Source: a virus
Lineage: Duplodnaviria; Caudoviricetes
Virus record (IMG/VR): IMGVR_UViG_3300030095_002983
Span: 1 to 46,531 of that record
Length of the DNA: 46,531 bases
Reading direction: 5' to 3' (one strand)
The notes below the pieces were generated by a model, which had not been told where the DNA came from, did no database searches, and saw only the letters and a list, made by a program, of their open reading frames with translations. A program made the position numbers and the translations under genes. Positions 1-8,000 of the stretch are shown piece by piece; position 1 is the stretch's first letter; every line of letters starts with the position of its first letter.

Positions 1-753
1 TGCACGGATTACTCCGGCAGTCTTCTTCCCATGTGCTTTGTCAGCAAGGAGAGACTTTGCATTCTTCAGGATCTTGGAATAGTTCTTCCAGTTGACACTG
101 TACTCCTCCTCCAACACACCCATCAGCATGTTGTAGTTATCACTGCACAATCCAACAGGAGTCTCGTAGCCAAAGTCGACCACAGCACGAACGTTCTGGT
201 TGGCCTGCGGAGACAGGCTACCATAGTGATTCGTGTAGGTACGACCACGGAAATCCATAAAGCAATCGAGGTAGAAGATACCATCGTTTTCAGCGACAAC
301 ACGCATTGCTTCTTCAGCTTCCCACTCTTCGAGCAGGTTAGCTTCCATGAGTAGCCCAAGCATGTCAGTGTTCACCCGGTAAGGGGTAGCCTGAGCCCAC
401 GCGAGAGACTCACGATAAGCATCAGGCACATTGACATGTACGTTCTTGGACACAAGAGCACGGCGTTCAGCCAGCTCAGGGGGATTGAAGAGCACACGGC
501 CCTCACGGCGTTCCTCAGGACTTGTCAGCCCATTAGATACCATGGTGGCAAAGAGTGCCCGTTCAGCATAGGACGGATCCTGTGCGTACTTACCGGAGCA
601 ATGAACCATCACCGTCTTGCGCAGGGCATTGACGATGTAAGCCTTAGTCCGGCCATCCCACAACATGTTCTTGATCTCCGTGGTGACAGAGATCCCACAC
701 TCACACTCCACACGGGAGATGAGGTCAGTCATCCACTTTTGCATAGTCTGCAT
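1..753 (-). CDS. Single-subunit (T7/N4 RNAPII-like) DNA-directed RNA polymerase, N-terminal part, 3' end off-window
   Basis: Hand-translated; absent from the ORF track because there is no stop in the window. 251 open codons from ATG at 753, after GAAAGGA. Contains AQATPYRVNTDM (cf. T7 QNTAWKIN), FYLDCFMDFRGRTY at 241-255 (DxxGR motif; cf. T7 DWRGRVY) and LSPQANQNVRAVVDF (cf. T7 FNPQGNDMTKGLLTL). Confidence 0.85.
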   Translation of the reverse strand, partial: MQTMQKWMTDLISRVECECGISVTTEIKNMLWDGRTKAYIVNALRKTVMVHCSGKYAQDPSYAERALFATMVSNGLTSPEERREGRVLFNPPELAERRALVSKNVHVNVPDAYRESLAWAQATPYRVNTDMLGLLMEANLLEEWEAEEAMRVVAENDGIFYLDCFMDFRGRTYTNHYGSLSPQANQNVRAVVDFGYETPVGLCSDNYNMLMGVLEEEYSVNWKNYSKILKNAKSLLADKAHGKKTAGVIRA

Positions 754-898
754 AGTAGATTCCTTTCAAGAATATAATTATTACTTACCCAGTAACAAGG
801 GCCAGTACCAACATGGTACCGAAGGCGACCTGCCTCTTGCCGGAGACAGGTCACGAGGAGAAAGTAAACCTATTGTGTCATAATGCGACACAGGTAAA

Positions 899-928
899 GG
901 ATGACACTAGGTTTCCCCAGTGCCATCC
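899..928 (-). terminator. Terminator-like hairpin after the 947..1141 gene
   Basis: Minus strand GGATGGCACTGGG-GAAA-CCTAGTGTCATCC then TTT. G-U pairs work only on the minus strand; GNRA loop. Confidence 0.5.
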
Positions 929-946
929 ATCTCTTCAACTCTCCGC

Positions 947-1141
947 TTACAATCCAGCCTTCAGTCGACGGATTGTCTCTTGCTTAACCTGAGCAGGGCT
1001 AAGCTTATTGCTACGTAGACAATTAATTTCAATTTTATATGATCTAACTGTCTGCTCTAGATATGCTATCTTATTCTCATAGATAGCCTTATCTTTCCTG
1101 AGTTCATCTAACTCAATACGATCATTATGTGATAATGTCAT
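947..1141 (-). CDS. Hypothetical coiled-coil early protein (64 aa)
   Basis: TAATG overlap with the upstream ORF; heptad-like pattern. Confidence 0.6.
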   Translation of the reverse strand: MTLSHNDRIELDELRKDKAIYENKIAYLEQTVRSYKIEINCLRSNKLSPAQVKQETIRRLKAGL

Positions 1142-1470
1142 TAGAATTCACCTCTTTTAAAATGTGCATACGATTCAGGCATCCCCTCACTAAGCCCAAC
1201 TATCCGGTTCAGCATACGCTGATGGTCAGTGGGATTAGAGATAGAGGTAGTCGGTTCCAACATATCACGCATATGTGGATCATTACTAAGCTCACAAATC
1301 AAAGCAAACTCAGCCCGTTTGCAAGCAGCTTCCATAGCCTGTCGACTATTGAACATATCGTCAGGGTTGCGACCGTTCCAGACTACTACCATTATTTCAA
1401 ATGGTACAGGTATCTGATTGGTAGGACTGTTTGCAGTGTAGACCTTTTTGTCTTTCTTAGTATCACTCAT
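1141..1470 (-). CDS. Hypothetical early protein (109 aa, start MSDTKK)
   Basis: GGAG RBS before ATG at 1470; translationally coupled to the next ORF. Confidence 0.65.
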   Translation of the reverse strand: MSDTKKDKKVYTANSPTNQIPVPFEIMVVVWNGRNPDDMFNSRQAMEAACKRAEFALICELSNDPHMRDMLEPTTSISNPTDHQRMLNRIVGLSEGMPESYAHFKRGEF

Positions 1471-1576
1471 TGTGATCTCCAATTGTCTGTGAGAAAAAAG
1501 CAGGTGCTCCTAAGGACAGACAGCCTTAGAAACCTGAAGGAAAACTGGTGTGTGACCACGGTTAGACCCGAGCAGG

Positions 1577-1616
1577 CCACCACTACCAGTACCACCACCA
1601 TCATCACCACCACTAC
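1577..1616. repeat. Low-complexity (ACC/CAC)n intergenic tract
   Basis: ccaccactaccagtaccaccaccatcatcaccaccactac; a related tract lies at about 2811-2831. Confidence 0.6.
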
Positions 1617-1755
1617 GGGTACCAAGTCAGTCAGTCAGTGACGACAGTGGGTCAGCTAGCCAGCTTCGCGAGGAAGCTAGTAGCTAGTTGGCGAATCCCC
1701 CGACTTGCGGTTAGGCAAGACGGGAGGGTGATGGTGTGGCACAGCAGATCAGCTC

Positions 1756-2283
1756 TTACGCAAGAGCCTTTGCCAACTGGAGGAGTTGCCCTGCGTTGTA
1801 GACGCAGTGCTGTGAGAAGATGAGTTCACCGCGCTTTGGTTCCGCAGGATCGTATGCTTTAAGAGCATTGACGATCTCGAGGGCCGAGGCATCGGTGCCA
1901 ACAGGGTGTGTGAGCTTCACTTGGAAGCCCTCGCCTACCTTGTCGTGGTGCGGAACAATGTCCGCAGGGAAGACAGGCTCGACGATCAACATGTTGCCTT
2001 GCAATTCGTAAGAATAGCAAGGGGTGGTGCGCTCCGAGGCACAAGCAGGCTGGACACGCTTGTTGCGTGCATGAGCTTCCTTGATAGCCTTCTTAAGCTC
2101 AGCCTTCGAGAAGGTAAAGCCCAAGAAATTGGAGTTCCGGGTAACACCGCCGCCAAGAACAGTGGTAGCCATTACTGACCAGCCGTTCTTGACATGGAAC
2201 GAGAGGGTTACGATACTAATGATTGTCATCATAGCATCACGAGCAGCCGAAGCTGCTTTGTTGGAATTGAAATTGAATTTCAT
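1756..2283 (-). CDS. Hypothetical early protein (175 aa, start MKFNFN)
   Basis: Clean ORF with a purine-rich leader before ATG at 2283; flanked by structured intergenic DNA. Confidence 0.7.
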   Translation of the reverse strand: MKFNFNSNKAASAARDAMMTIISIVTLSFHVKNGWSVMATTVLGGGVTRNSNFLGFTFSKAELKKAIKEAHARNKRVQPACASERTTPCYSYELQGNMLIVEPVFPADIVPHHDKVGEGFQVKLTHPVGTDASALEIVNALKAYDPAEPKRGELIFSQHCVYNAGQLLQLAKALA

Positions 2284-2340
2284 GGTAAGAAACTTTCTTT
2301 CTATTTGTAGTTGTAGGGCACTACCACGCCACACCATCTA

Positions 2341-2392
2341 CCTCAGCCCGAAGGCTGAGGACTGCCCCATTGAGGACGGTAATCCTCAAGGG
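2341..2392 (-). promoter_or_regulatory. Tandem hairpins (UUCG tetraloop; CGGTAA hexaloop) upstream of 1756..2283
   Basis: cctcagcc-cgaa-ggctgagg (UUCG on the minus strand) and ttgagga-cggtaa-tcctcaa. Confidence 0.5.
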
Positions 2393-2475
2393 ACGGGGTT
2401 GTCCTGCTTCTGCCATCGCTGGCATTTGCTTGCGACTCCTTTCGCTGATTCCCTGCAAACAGGTGGGAAAACCAA

Positions 2476-2495
2476 GTGTCCCCTTTCGGAGACAC
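2476..2495 (-). terminator. Terminator-like hairpin after 2510..2767
   Basis: Minus strand GTGTCTCC-GAAA-GGGGACAC then TTGGTTTT. Confidence 0.5.
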
Positions 2496-2509
2496 AAGGT
2501 GAGTGCTGC

Positions 2510-2767
2510 TTACTCGATGGGAAGATCCATCGCAGCGTTGAAGAGATGGGTTTCAGGGAACAGTTTTTCAACCGTCTCCTGCGAGATACCCCTCTCTATG
2601 GCGTAGTCGTAGATCCATTCCAAGATCACGGTGGCAGGACCATCCTTCCAAAGGATAGGCTGATCCTCCGACGGCGTGTACCGTTGGATGAAGTACGAGG
2701 ACATGGGTCTATCAAACCCATACGCTATACGATCTCCACATGGGAGATCAAGGACATGGCGAGACAT
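2510..2767 (-). CDS. Hypothetical early protein (85 aa)
   Basis: AGGA RBS; followed by a terminator-like hairpin. Confidence 0.65.
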   Translation of the reverse strand: MSRHVLDLPCGDRIAYGFDRPMSSYFIQRYTPSEDQPILWKDGPATVILEWIYDYAIERGISQETVEKLFPETHLFNAAMDLPIE

Positions 2768-2894
2768 AAGTCTTTCCTATCGCTGGCACGCCCCAGCAGG
2801 CTCGTGGCTAACCACCACTAATACCACCACTGCAGTTACCCACAGTGATGGCTTACCCACCTTCCATCCCCCGCCGCAACCAGCAAAGAGGTGG

Positions 2895-2927
2895 GAAAGC
2901 AAGGCTACCCCGCTAAGGGTAGCCCAG
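2895..2927 (-). repeat. Hexaloop hairpin repeat, near-identical to 3965-3997
   Basis: gaaagcaaggctaccc-cgctaa-gggtagcccag versus gaaagctaagctaccc-cggcaa-gggtagcccag. Confidence 0.75.
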
Positions 2928-2931
2928 CTGA

Positions 2932-3393
2932 TTAGCAGCCCAAGATAATAAGGGCTGGGTATTGTAACGTGCAGTCTTCGAGATGTCCGTCAGGACCTCC
3001 GTTCCAAATGCGAGCTCGCTGACAGTCAGTCAAGCCCCTACCATATCTGTCCATGTATGCACGGAAGATCTTGATAGAGTACTTAAGACTGTAGCAGTCT
3101 CGGTATACACCACCGATACTGGGATCATGCTGAGTAGCATCAATCCAACAGTCTTCAGTGATTTGCATTGGACCGATCTCTCCATCCTTGCCATCTTTAA
3201 CTTTCATACCCTCTGGAGCATTGGTGGACTCAGCGGACCAGACAGCTCGTTCAAGGGCAGACAGCTCAGGTAGACGGACAAGCTGAAACGTAGGCTCGGC
3301 AGCTACTGGAGCTGGCTCACCACGATCCATGGCTACGTCAATCACAAAGATGAGAATGCATGCGGCAACACAACCTGATAAGAATTGGTACAT
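2932..3393 (-). CDS. Membrane-anchored lysozyme-fold muramidase (i-type/destabilase-like or SLT-like)
   Basis: N-terminal hydrophobic helix; candidate catalytic AES, GPMQI..CWID, YMDRY and ARIWNGGP, resembling the i-type lysozyme ARIHNGGP motif; GGAGG RBS. Confidence 0.75.
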   Translation of the reverse strand: MYQFLSGCVAACILIFVIDVAMDRGEPAPVAAEPTFQLVRLPELSALERAVWSAESTNAPEGMKVKDGKDGEIGPMQITEDCWIDATQHDPSIGGVYRDCYSLKYSIKIFRAYMDRYGRGLTDCQRARIWNGGPDGHLEDCTLQYPALIILGC

Positions 3394-3410
3394 AAGTACC
3401 TCCTTGATTA

Positions 3411-3437
3411 CTGCATTGAAGGCTGCAGTGTGCCTAT
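3411..3437 (-). promoter_or_regulatory. 27-bp early repeat, copy 1 (candidate phage promoter or leader)
   Basis: Minus strand ATAGGCACACTGCAGCCTTCAATGCAG, directly before the RBS of 2932..3393. Confidence 0.75.
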
Positions 3438-3488
3438 GGGAATGTCAAGTCACGGCCTGTCGACCGTGCTTGACAGGAGGGATGATGA

Positions 3489-3920
3489 TTAATCACCCCA
3501 GATTTTGTTGAGCGAATAAGCAAGCTCATCCGCAGTTAACTCGACATCCAGTGCTTGGAGACCGAGGCCAAGCTCGTTTCTTTCAGGACACCAGCAAACT
3601 TCAACATCCACCATCATGCAGTGGTTGTGCTCGTTGCCTTCGTCATCCGTAAACGTAGCGTCGATGTGAATCTTCTCGGTATCTGACCATCCCTCAATCT
3701 CGCTAAGGCGAGAGCAGAGCATGTCGCCAAATCCTTCAAAGACGGCATCGTCTGGCTTGAGAGCACTAATCTTGACATCATCATTGTGGGAGGATTCCCA
3801 CTGCATGGCAGGCCGCACAGCACGAGGACACAAAGTCTTCGCAACTGGGTGATCAGCTTGAGTCAAGAAGTGCATAACCCCTCTAAGGCGAGGGGACGAA
3901 CCTTGGGGCAAACCGGACAT
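3489..3920 (-). CDS. Acidic hypothetical early protein (143 aa)
   Basis: AGGAG RBS after the repeat; D/E-rich C-terminal two thirds. Confidence 0.7.
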   Translation of the reverse strand: MSGLPQGSSPRLRGVMHFLTQADHPVAKTLCPRAVRPAMQWESSHNDDVKISALKPDDAVFEGFGDMLCSRLSEIEGWSDTEKIHIDATFTDDEGNEHNHCMMVDVEVCWCPERNELGLGLQALDVELTADELAYSLNKIWGD

Positions 3921-3936
3921 GGTAAGCTCCTAGTCT

Positions 3937-3963
3937 CTGCATTGAAGGCTGCAGTGTGCCTAT
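3937..3963 (-). promoter_or_regulatory. 27-bp early repeat, copy 2
   Basis: Identical to 3411-3437; precedes the RBS of 3489..3920. Confidence 0.75.
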
Positions 3964-4017
3964 AGAAAGCTAAGCTACCCCGGCAAGGGTAGCCCAGTGT
4001 TGTGTGGAGTCCGAGAG

Positions 4018-4206
4018 TCACTCGGGATCATCGCAGCCGGAGCCGTGATATTCCCGCATGTGACCAGCTACCTCTTCCTCCATGTGCTCGTTAAAGCACT
4101 TGAGAGAGCAGTAGCCTTCTCGGGACTCCTCGTTGAGTGGGGCATTGCACTGCCAGCAGTGCGTGTCCCCGTTGTACCCAACAGAGTTGGTGGTGGAATC
4201 ACACAT
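4018..4206 (-). CDS. Small Cys-rich zinc-finger-like early protein (62 aa)
   Basis: CWQC...YCSLKC; AAGGAGG RBS after the repeat. Confidence 0.65.
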   Translation of the reverse strand: MCDSTTNSVGYNGDTHCWQCNAPLNEESREGYCSLKCFNEHMEEEVAGHMREYHGSGCDDPE

Positions 4207-4225
4207 GGTGATACCTCCTTGGTTG

Positions 4226-4252
4226 CTGCATTGGAGGCTGCAGTGTGCCTAT
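4226..4252 (-). promoter_or_regulatory. 27-bp early repeat, copy 3 (one substitution)
   Basis: ctgcattggaggctgcagtgtgcctat; precedes the RBS of 4018..4206. Confidence 0.75.
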
Positions 4253-4293
4253 GAGAAAGCATCGCTAGGCCGGTAAGCCTAGCGAGGCAGTGG

Positions 4294-4512
4294 TTAGAGA
4301 GAGTCGCACCAATCGGCGTAGCGATCCTCTTCGTATCGCTCGTCAGTCTTATCCCGAGTATCGAGATAACGATAGAGGGCACGGCTAAACGCCGTGCTGC
4401 CGGGATAAGGCTTAATAGGCCAAGGCCCGAGCTGGTCCTCGTACTGGTCAATGACAGCAGCAATGTGTTGTACGTCAAGCCAGTCAGTCAGAGAAGAAAA
4501 ATCGTAGTTCAT
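4294..4512 (-). CDS. First early gene, small acidic hypothetical protein (72 aa)
   Basis: GAAAGGA RBS; start MNYDFSS. Confidence 0.6.
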   Translation of the reverse strand: MNYDFSSLTDWLDVQHIAAVIDQYEDQLGPWPIKPYPGSTAFSRALYRYLDTRDKTDERYEEDRYADWCDSL

Positions 4513-4525
4513 CACAAATCCTTTC

Positions 4526-4592
4526 AAGGGGGGGTATGGGGGTCATCATCAAAAAATTTTACCTATACCACCCCTTACAAATTCGTGACCCC
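4526..4592. other. Probable genome terminus / late-early junction
   Basis: G7 and G5 runs; inverted repeat aagggggggtat (4526-4537) / ataccacccctt (4565-4576) around A6T4; base composition and gene class change here. Confidence 0.45.
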
Positions 4593-5041
4593 TATCGACC
4601 TTTCACAGCCTGCCCAAAGTAGAACCCAACAATAGTCACAAGAATATTTCTATTCTCAGGAGTAAATAAGAATCCGTCTACTTCAGTAAATATAGTCTTC
4701 TCTTCTGGGAACATCTTCAGAAGATCCCACCATCCGTACATTGTCTCAGTATGCTCCACCACTGTAGTTATCCCGTCATTGAAGGCAATAATAAAAGGAG
4801 CAATAATAGTAGCAAACAGAATGCATATGACAATACAACGTCTAACAAGTTTGCCTCCCGCATCACTGACTCTTTCAGCAGCTTGATTCGCTGAGTCATC
4901 CGATGCCTCTTGAGCTTGAAGTACTCGCATAAATTTTTCTTGTTCATTTTTTCGTTTCTCCGCTATACTCTTAAAGATAAACCCTGTAACACTTCCTGTC
5001 AGCAGGGACAACATTTCAGGATTAAGAAAAGCTGATAGCAT
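4592..5041 (-). CDS. Holin-like membrane protein (149 aa)
   Basis: Hydrophobic segments and C-terminal IVGFYFG, as in 3-TM holin-like families; last late gene. Confidence 0.5.
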   Translation of the reverse strand: MLSAFLNPEMLSLLTGSVTGFIFKSIAEKRKNEQEKFMRVLQAQEASDDSANQAAERVSDAGGKLVRRCIVICILFATIIAPFIIAFNDGITTVVEHTETMYGWWDLLKMFPEEKTIFTEVDGFLFTPENRNILVTIVGFYFGQAVKGR

Positions 5042-5042
5042 A

Positions 5043-8000
5043 TTAATTACCTTTATACTTCCCTAACGAAGTAGCCAGTCTTTGACTTGGAGATCCTGTA
5101 ACAGCTGGCACATAATTAGCCACTGTCTTTTGCGGGGGCTCAGGAGCCGCCTGAGGCTCAGCAGGGGCTGGGGTGGCCGAGAGATCAGGGACACGCTCCT
5201 CGAGCGGGGCGAGGGGTTCAGAGCCCATTAAATTGGCAAGGGGCTCTTTAGCCAAAACAGCCAAGCTATCGTATGCCAGCAACTCTGAAGGCCAGATATT
5301 TCTATCAGCAGCAAATTTAACTACACCGGGATTGTTCATGGGATCATCAGGATTCATATAATATGTAATTCCTCCACCACCGTAGCCTCCTCCGCCACCG
5401 CCGCTTCCTCCAGCTTGGGATGGAGATCTTCTTTTTTGTCGCTCTAACTCAATACGTTTCATCTGGGGGGTAGACATATACTGCACAATTGCAGCCTTAA
5501 CTACCTGCTCTTGCAAGAGAGGAAGGGCAGTAATAAGATTCATTAGAGCAAGATTAAACTTAGCATCAGCTTCTGGTCCCTTTTGGAAAGCATACTTACT
5601 TCCATCAAGCACACCTCGAGTCAACAACGATTGAATTCGTTGAAGCGGAACCGGCAAGAATGCTTGGTTTAAAATGTTCTGAGTGTAGCCTTTACCGCCA
5701 GTCAGGGCAATGTATGCTTCAGCCAGTCCAGAAGCAAGTACACCACCCATCATACCAAAGGTTGGAGTTCGACCTAATAAACGAATAATAGATTCTTTCT
5801 TTTGAAGATCCTGTAATAAAATTTCTAATCTATCCTCATCAAGCCCAGTCTTAAATGCTTCTAGTGCAACCATATATAAAATATCCATACTAATAAGATT
5901 TAAAATTCTAGTTGCATTCTGCACAGGACCATAGTATCTTGAGTCATGCCGCAGTCTTTGAGCAAAGAATAATGTTGGATAGGATCTAAAAATTTTCAAC
6001 AGAACTGCATGAGCTTGGTTACTAGTATCCATATGCAAAGGATTACCGCCCACAAACCTAGCTTCAATTTCTCTATTAACATATTCTTTAATTTGAGACA
6101 GCACTTTTAATCGTTGAGCACGAAGCTTTGGATCAGGAGTACGCAAAGCAGCTTCTTGGAGTTGAGCAATATGGGTTAATGCAGTTGCTCTACCGGGATC
6201 AAACTTATCAATTGAACCGTCAAAGATAAATTGTTCTAAGCCCGCAGCACCAACCAAATCATTTAAGTCTGCAAGGAAACTAGGTCGTAAAAGACCCGAG
6301 TTAGCCAAAGCCATAAACACTTTTACATCGTGTCTACCCAAGAAATTAAAATCAGACAAGCCACTAGGACTCTGTTTAAAAATATTTTTGACTTGTTTAT
6401 GTAAATCATTAATATCAGAATTTTCAAAATCTAATTCCATAATCTCTTTACCAGCATCAGTTTGCAAGAAATCTGCCATACGCTTCATGCCGCCACTTTG
6501 AATAAGTTGATTTAAAGTTCTAATTGCTGTGGCTTCAACGCTGTATTTAATTTTGTTGGTAATACCAGAAGATGCTCCGGTAGCTGCTTGTGCTAGCGTT
6601 TTAGGAAGCAAACCAATTGCAGCACCAACCTTATCCATAGTGCTACCAGTTATCAAACTTTCATCATCTTGATTGGTTTCTAAACCTCGGACAGTAGAAT
6701 GAGTATGAGCATATGCTAGCTCAGCCATAGTCATTTTATCTTCAAATGCTTTACCAGCATTTTGATTACCAGCTAATCTACCAAGTTTCATTACACCACC
6801 AAGACCACCGCGTGCCCCACCCTTAAGCATTTCAATTAAAAGTTTAGCGGGTCCAGCAATCATATCGCCTCGTCCAGCCATATTCAAAGCTTGCAAACTA
6901 CCTTCAACAACAAAGGTTGCTAGAGTTAAGTTACCGCCATAAGCAGCAAGAACAAGGTCACTACCAGAAGCTGCGAGACGATTCATTAATCCAAAGGATT
7001 GAGTTTTATCAACACGTTGCCGTCTACCTGCTAAAGTGTCATACTTATTTTTAATTACCTTAAGATGTTCTCTAAGCTCGGCAGTATTAGTCAATGACTT
7101 ATCTCTAGTAACTTGTCTACTTAACCTAGGATCTTTTAGAATATCTCTCGAGCCAGTTTCTAATAATGCATCTAAGATATCATCAAAACGAACGCCTTCA
7201 ATTTCATAATTATTTCCTGCAGCAAGTTTACCTAATGACTTAGTAGCAACAGCATCAAAACCTAAACCTGTAGCAACACCATCCATAAGTGACTCAGGGT
7301 CTACAACAAATGCTCGACTAAGAGCAGAGGTGCCATCTTCTTTATCAGTTTCTTTATCCATAGTTTGAGCCATAAGAGACTTAGGACTTGGTTCAAATAC
7401 CTTATCAACTGCTAAGAATCGAACACCAGTTTGTGCTTCGCGTAAAAATAATGATGCACGGAATCGTGCTGGATTATTGTGAGATGCTAATAACTCTCTA
7501 GCTTCTGCTTCTCCAGACACAACTCTAGAAAACTCCATAAAGATATTAAAGTCTCTATTGTTTCTAAACGTAGCGAAATCTTTATTATTAAAATCACCGG
7601 AGGTAATAGCTTTAATATATTTGTTTTTGTTTTCTGCTTGATTTACAAACTCAACAAGAGGAGCAAAATCTTTAGATTTAAATCCTTGTTTTTGGAAAGC
7701 TTTTTTATACATAGTTCTTAAACCATACTGAAGTAAAAGAATGTCGCTTTGCGACCAGTATCTTGTCTTGCCAATATTCTTAATAGCCTTACCTTCTAAT
7801 CTACGTTGAACTCCTTCAGGCAATGCATCAAACATTAACTGAACAACTTCACGACCCTTGGGATCAGCAGCTAGCTCAATAATTCTATCTACAAATTCTT
7901 TCTGTTTGTCTTTAGGTAAAGAGTCAACATCAAATTCATTAGAAGTAATTTGAAGTGGTGGCAACAAACCAGAAGCAAATAACGTAATAGGATCAATAAC

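Noticed and set aside
372-392. CGGTAA with weak flanking stem
   Set aside because: Inside the RNAP coding frame with poor pairing; probably chance.
31-777. Plus-strand ORFs 31..354 and 436..777, and minus ORF 123..359
   Set aside because: Shadows of the minus-strand RNAP frame, which has the recognisable motifs and an RBS.
768-798. Sigma70-like TTGTTA-N16/18-TATATT/TATTCT before the RNAP gene
   Set aside because: Weak match, and the start site would fall almost on the RBS; not supportable from sequence alone.
1129-3273. Plus-strand ORFs such as 1129..1641, 2081..2821 and 2983..3273
   Set aside because: Antisense to RBS-bearing minus genes and running through hairpin-rich intergenic DNA; the poly-Thr in 1129..1641 merely reads the ACC tract.
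3411-4252. 27-bp repeats as a CRISPR array
   Set aside because: Spacing is about 260-500 bp with whole genes in between, and no cas genes are present.
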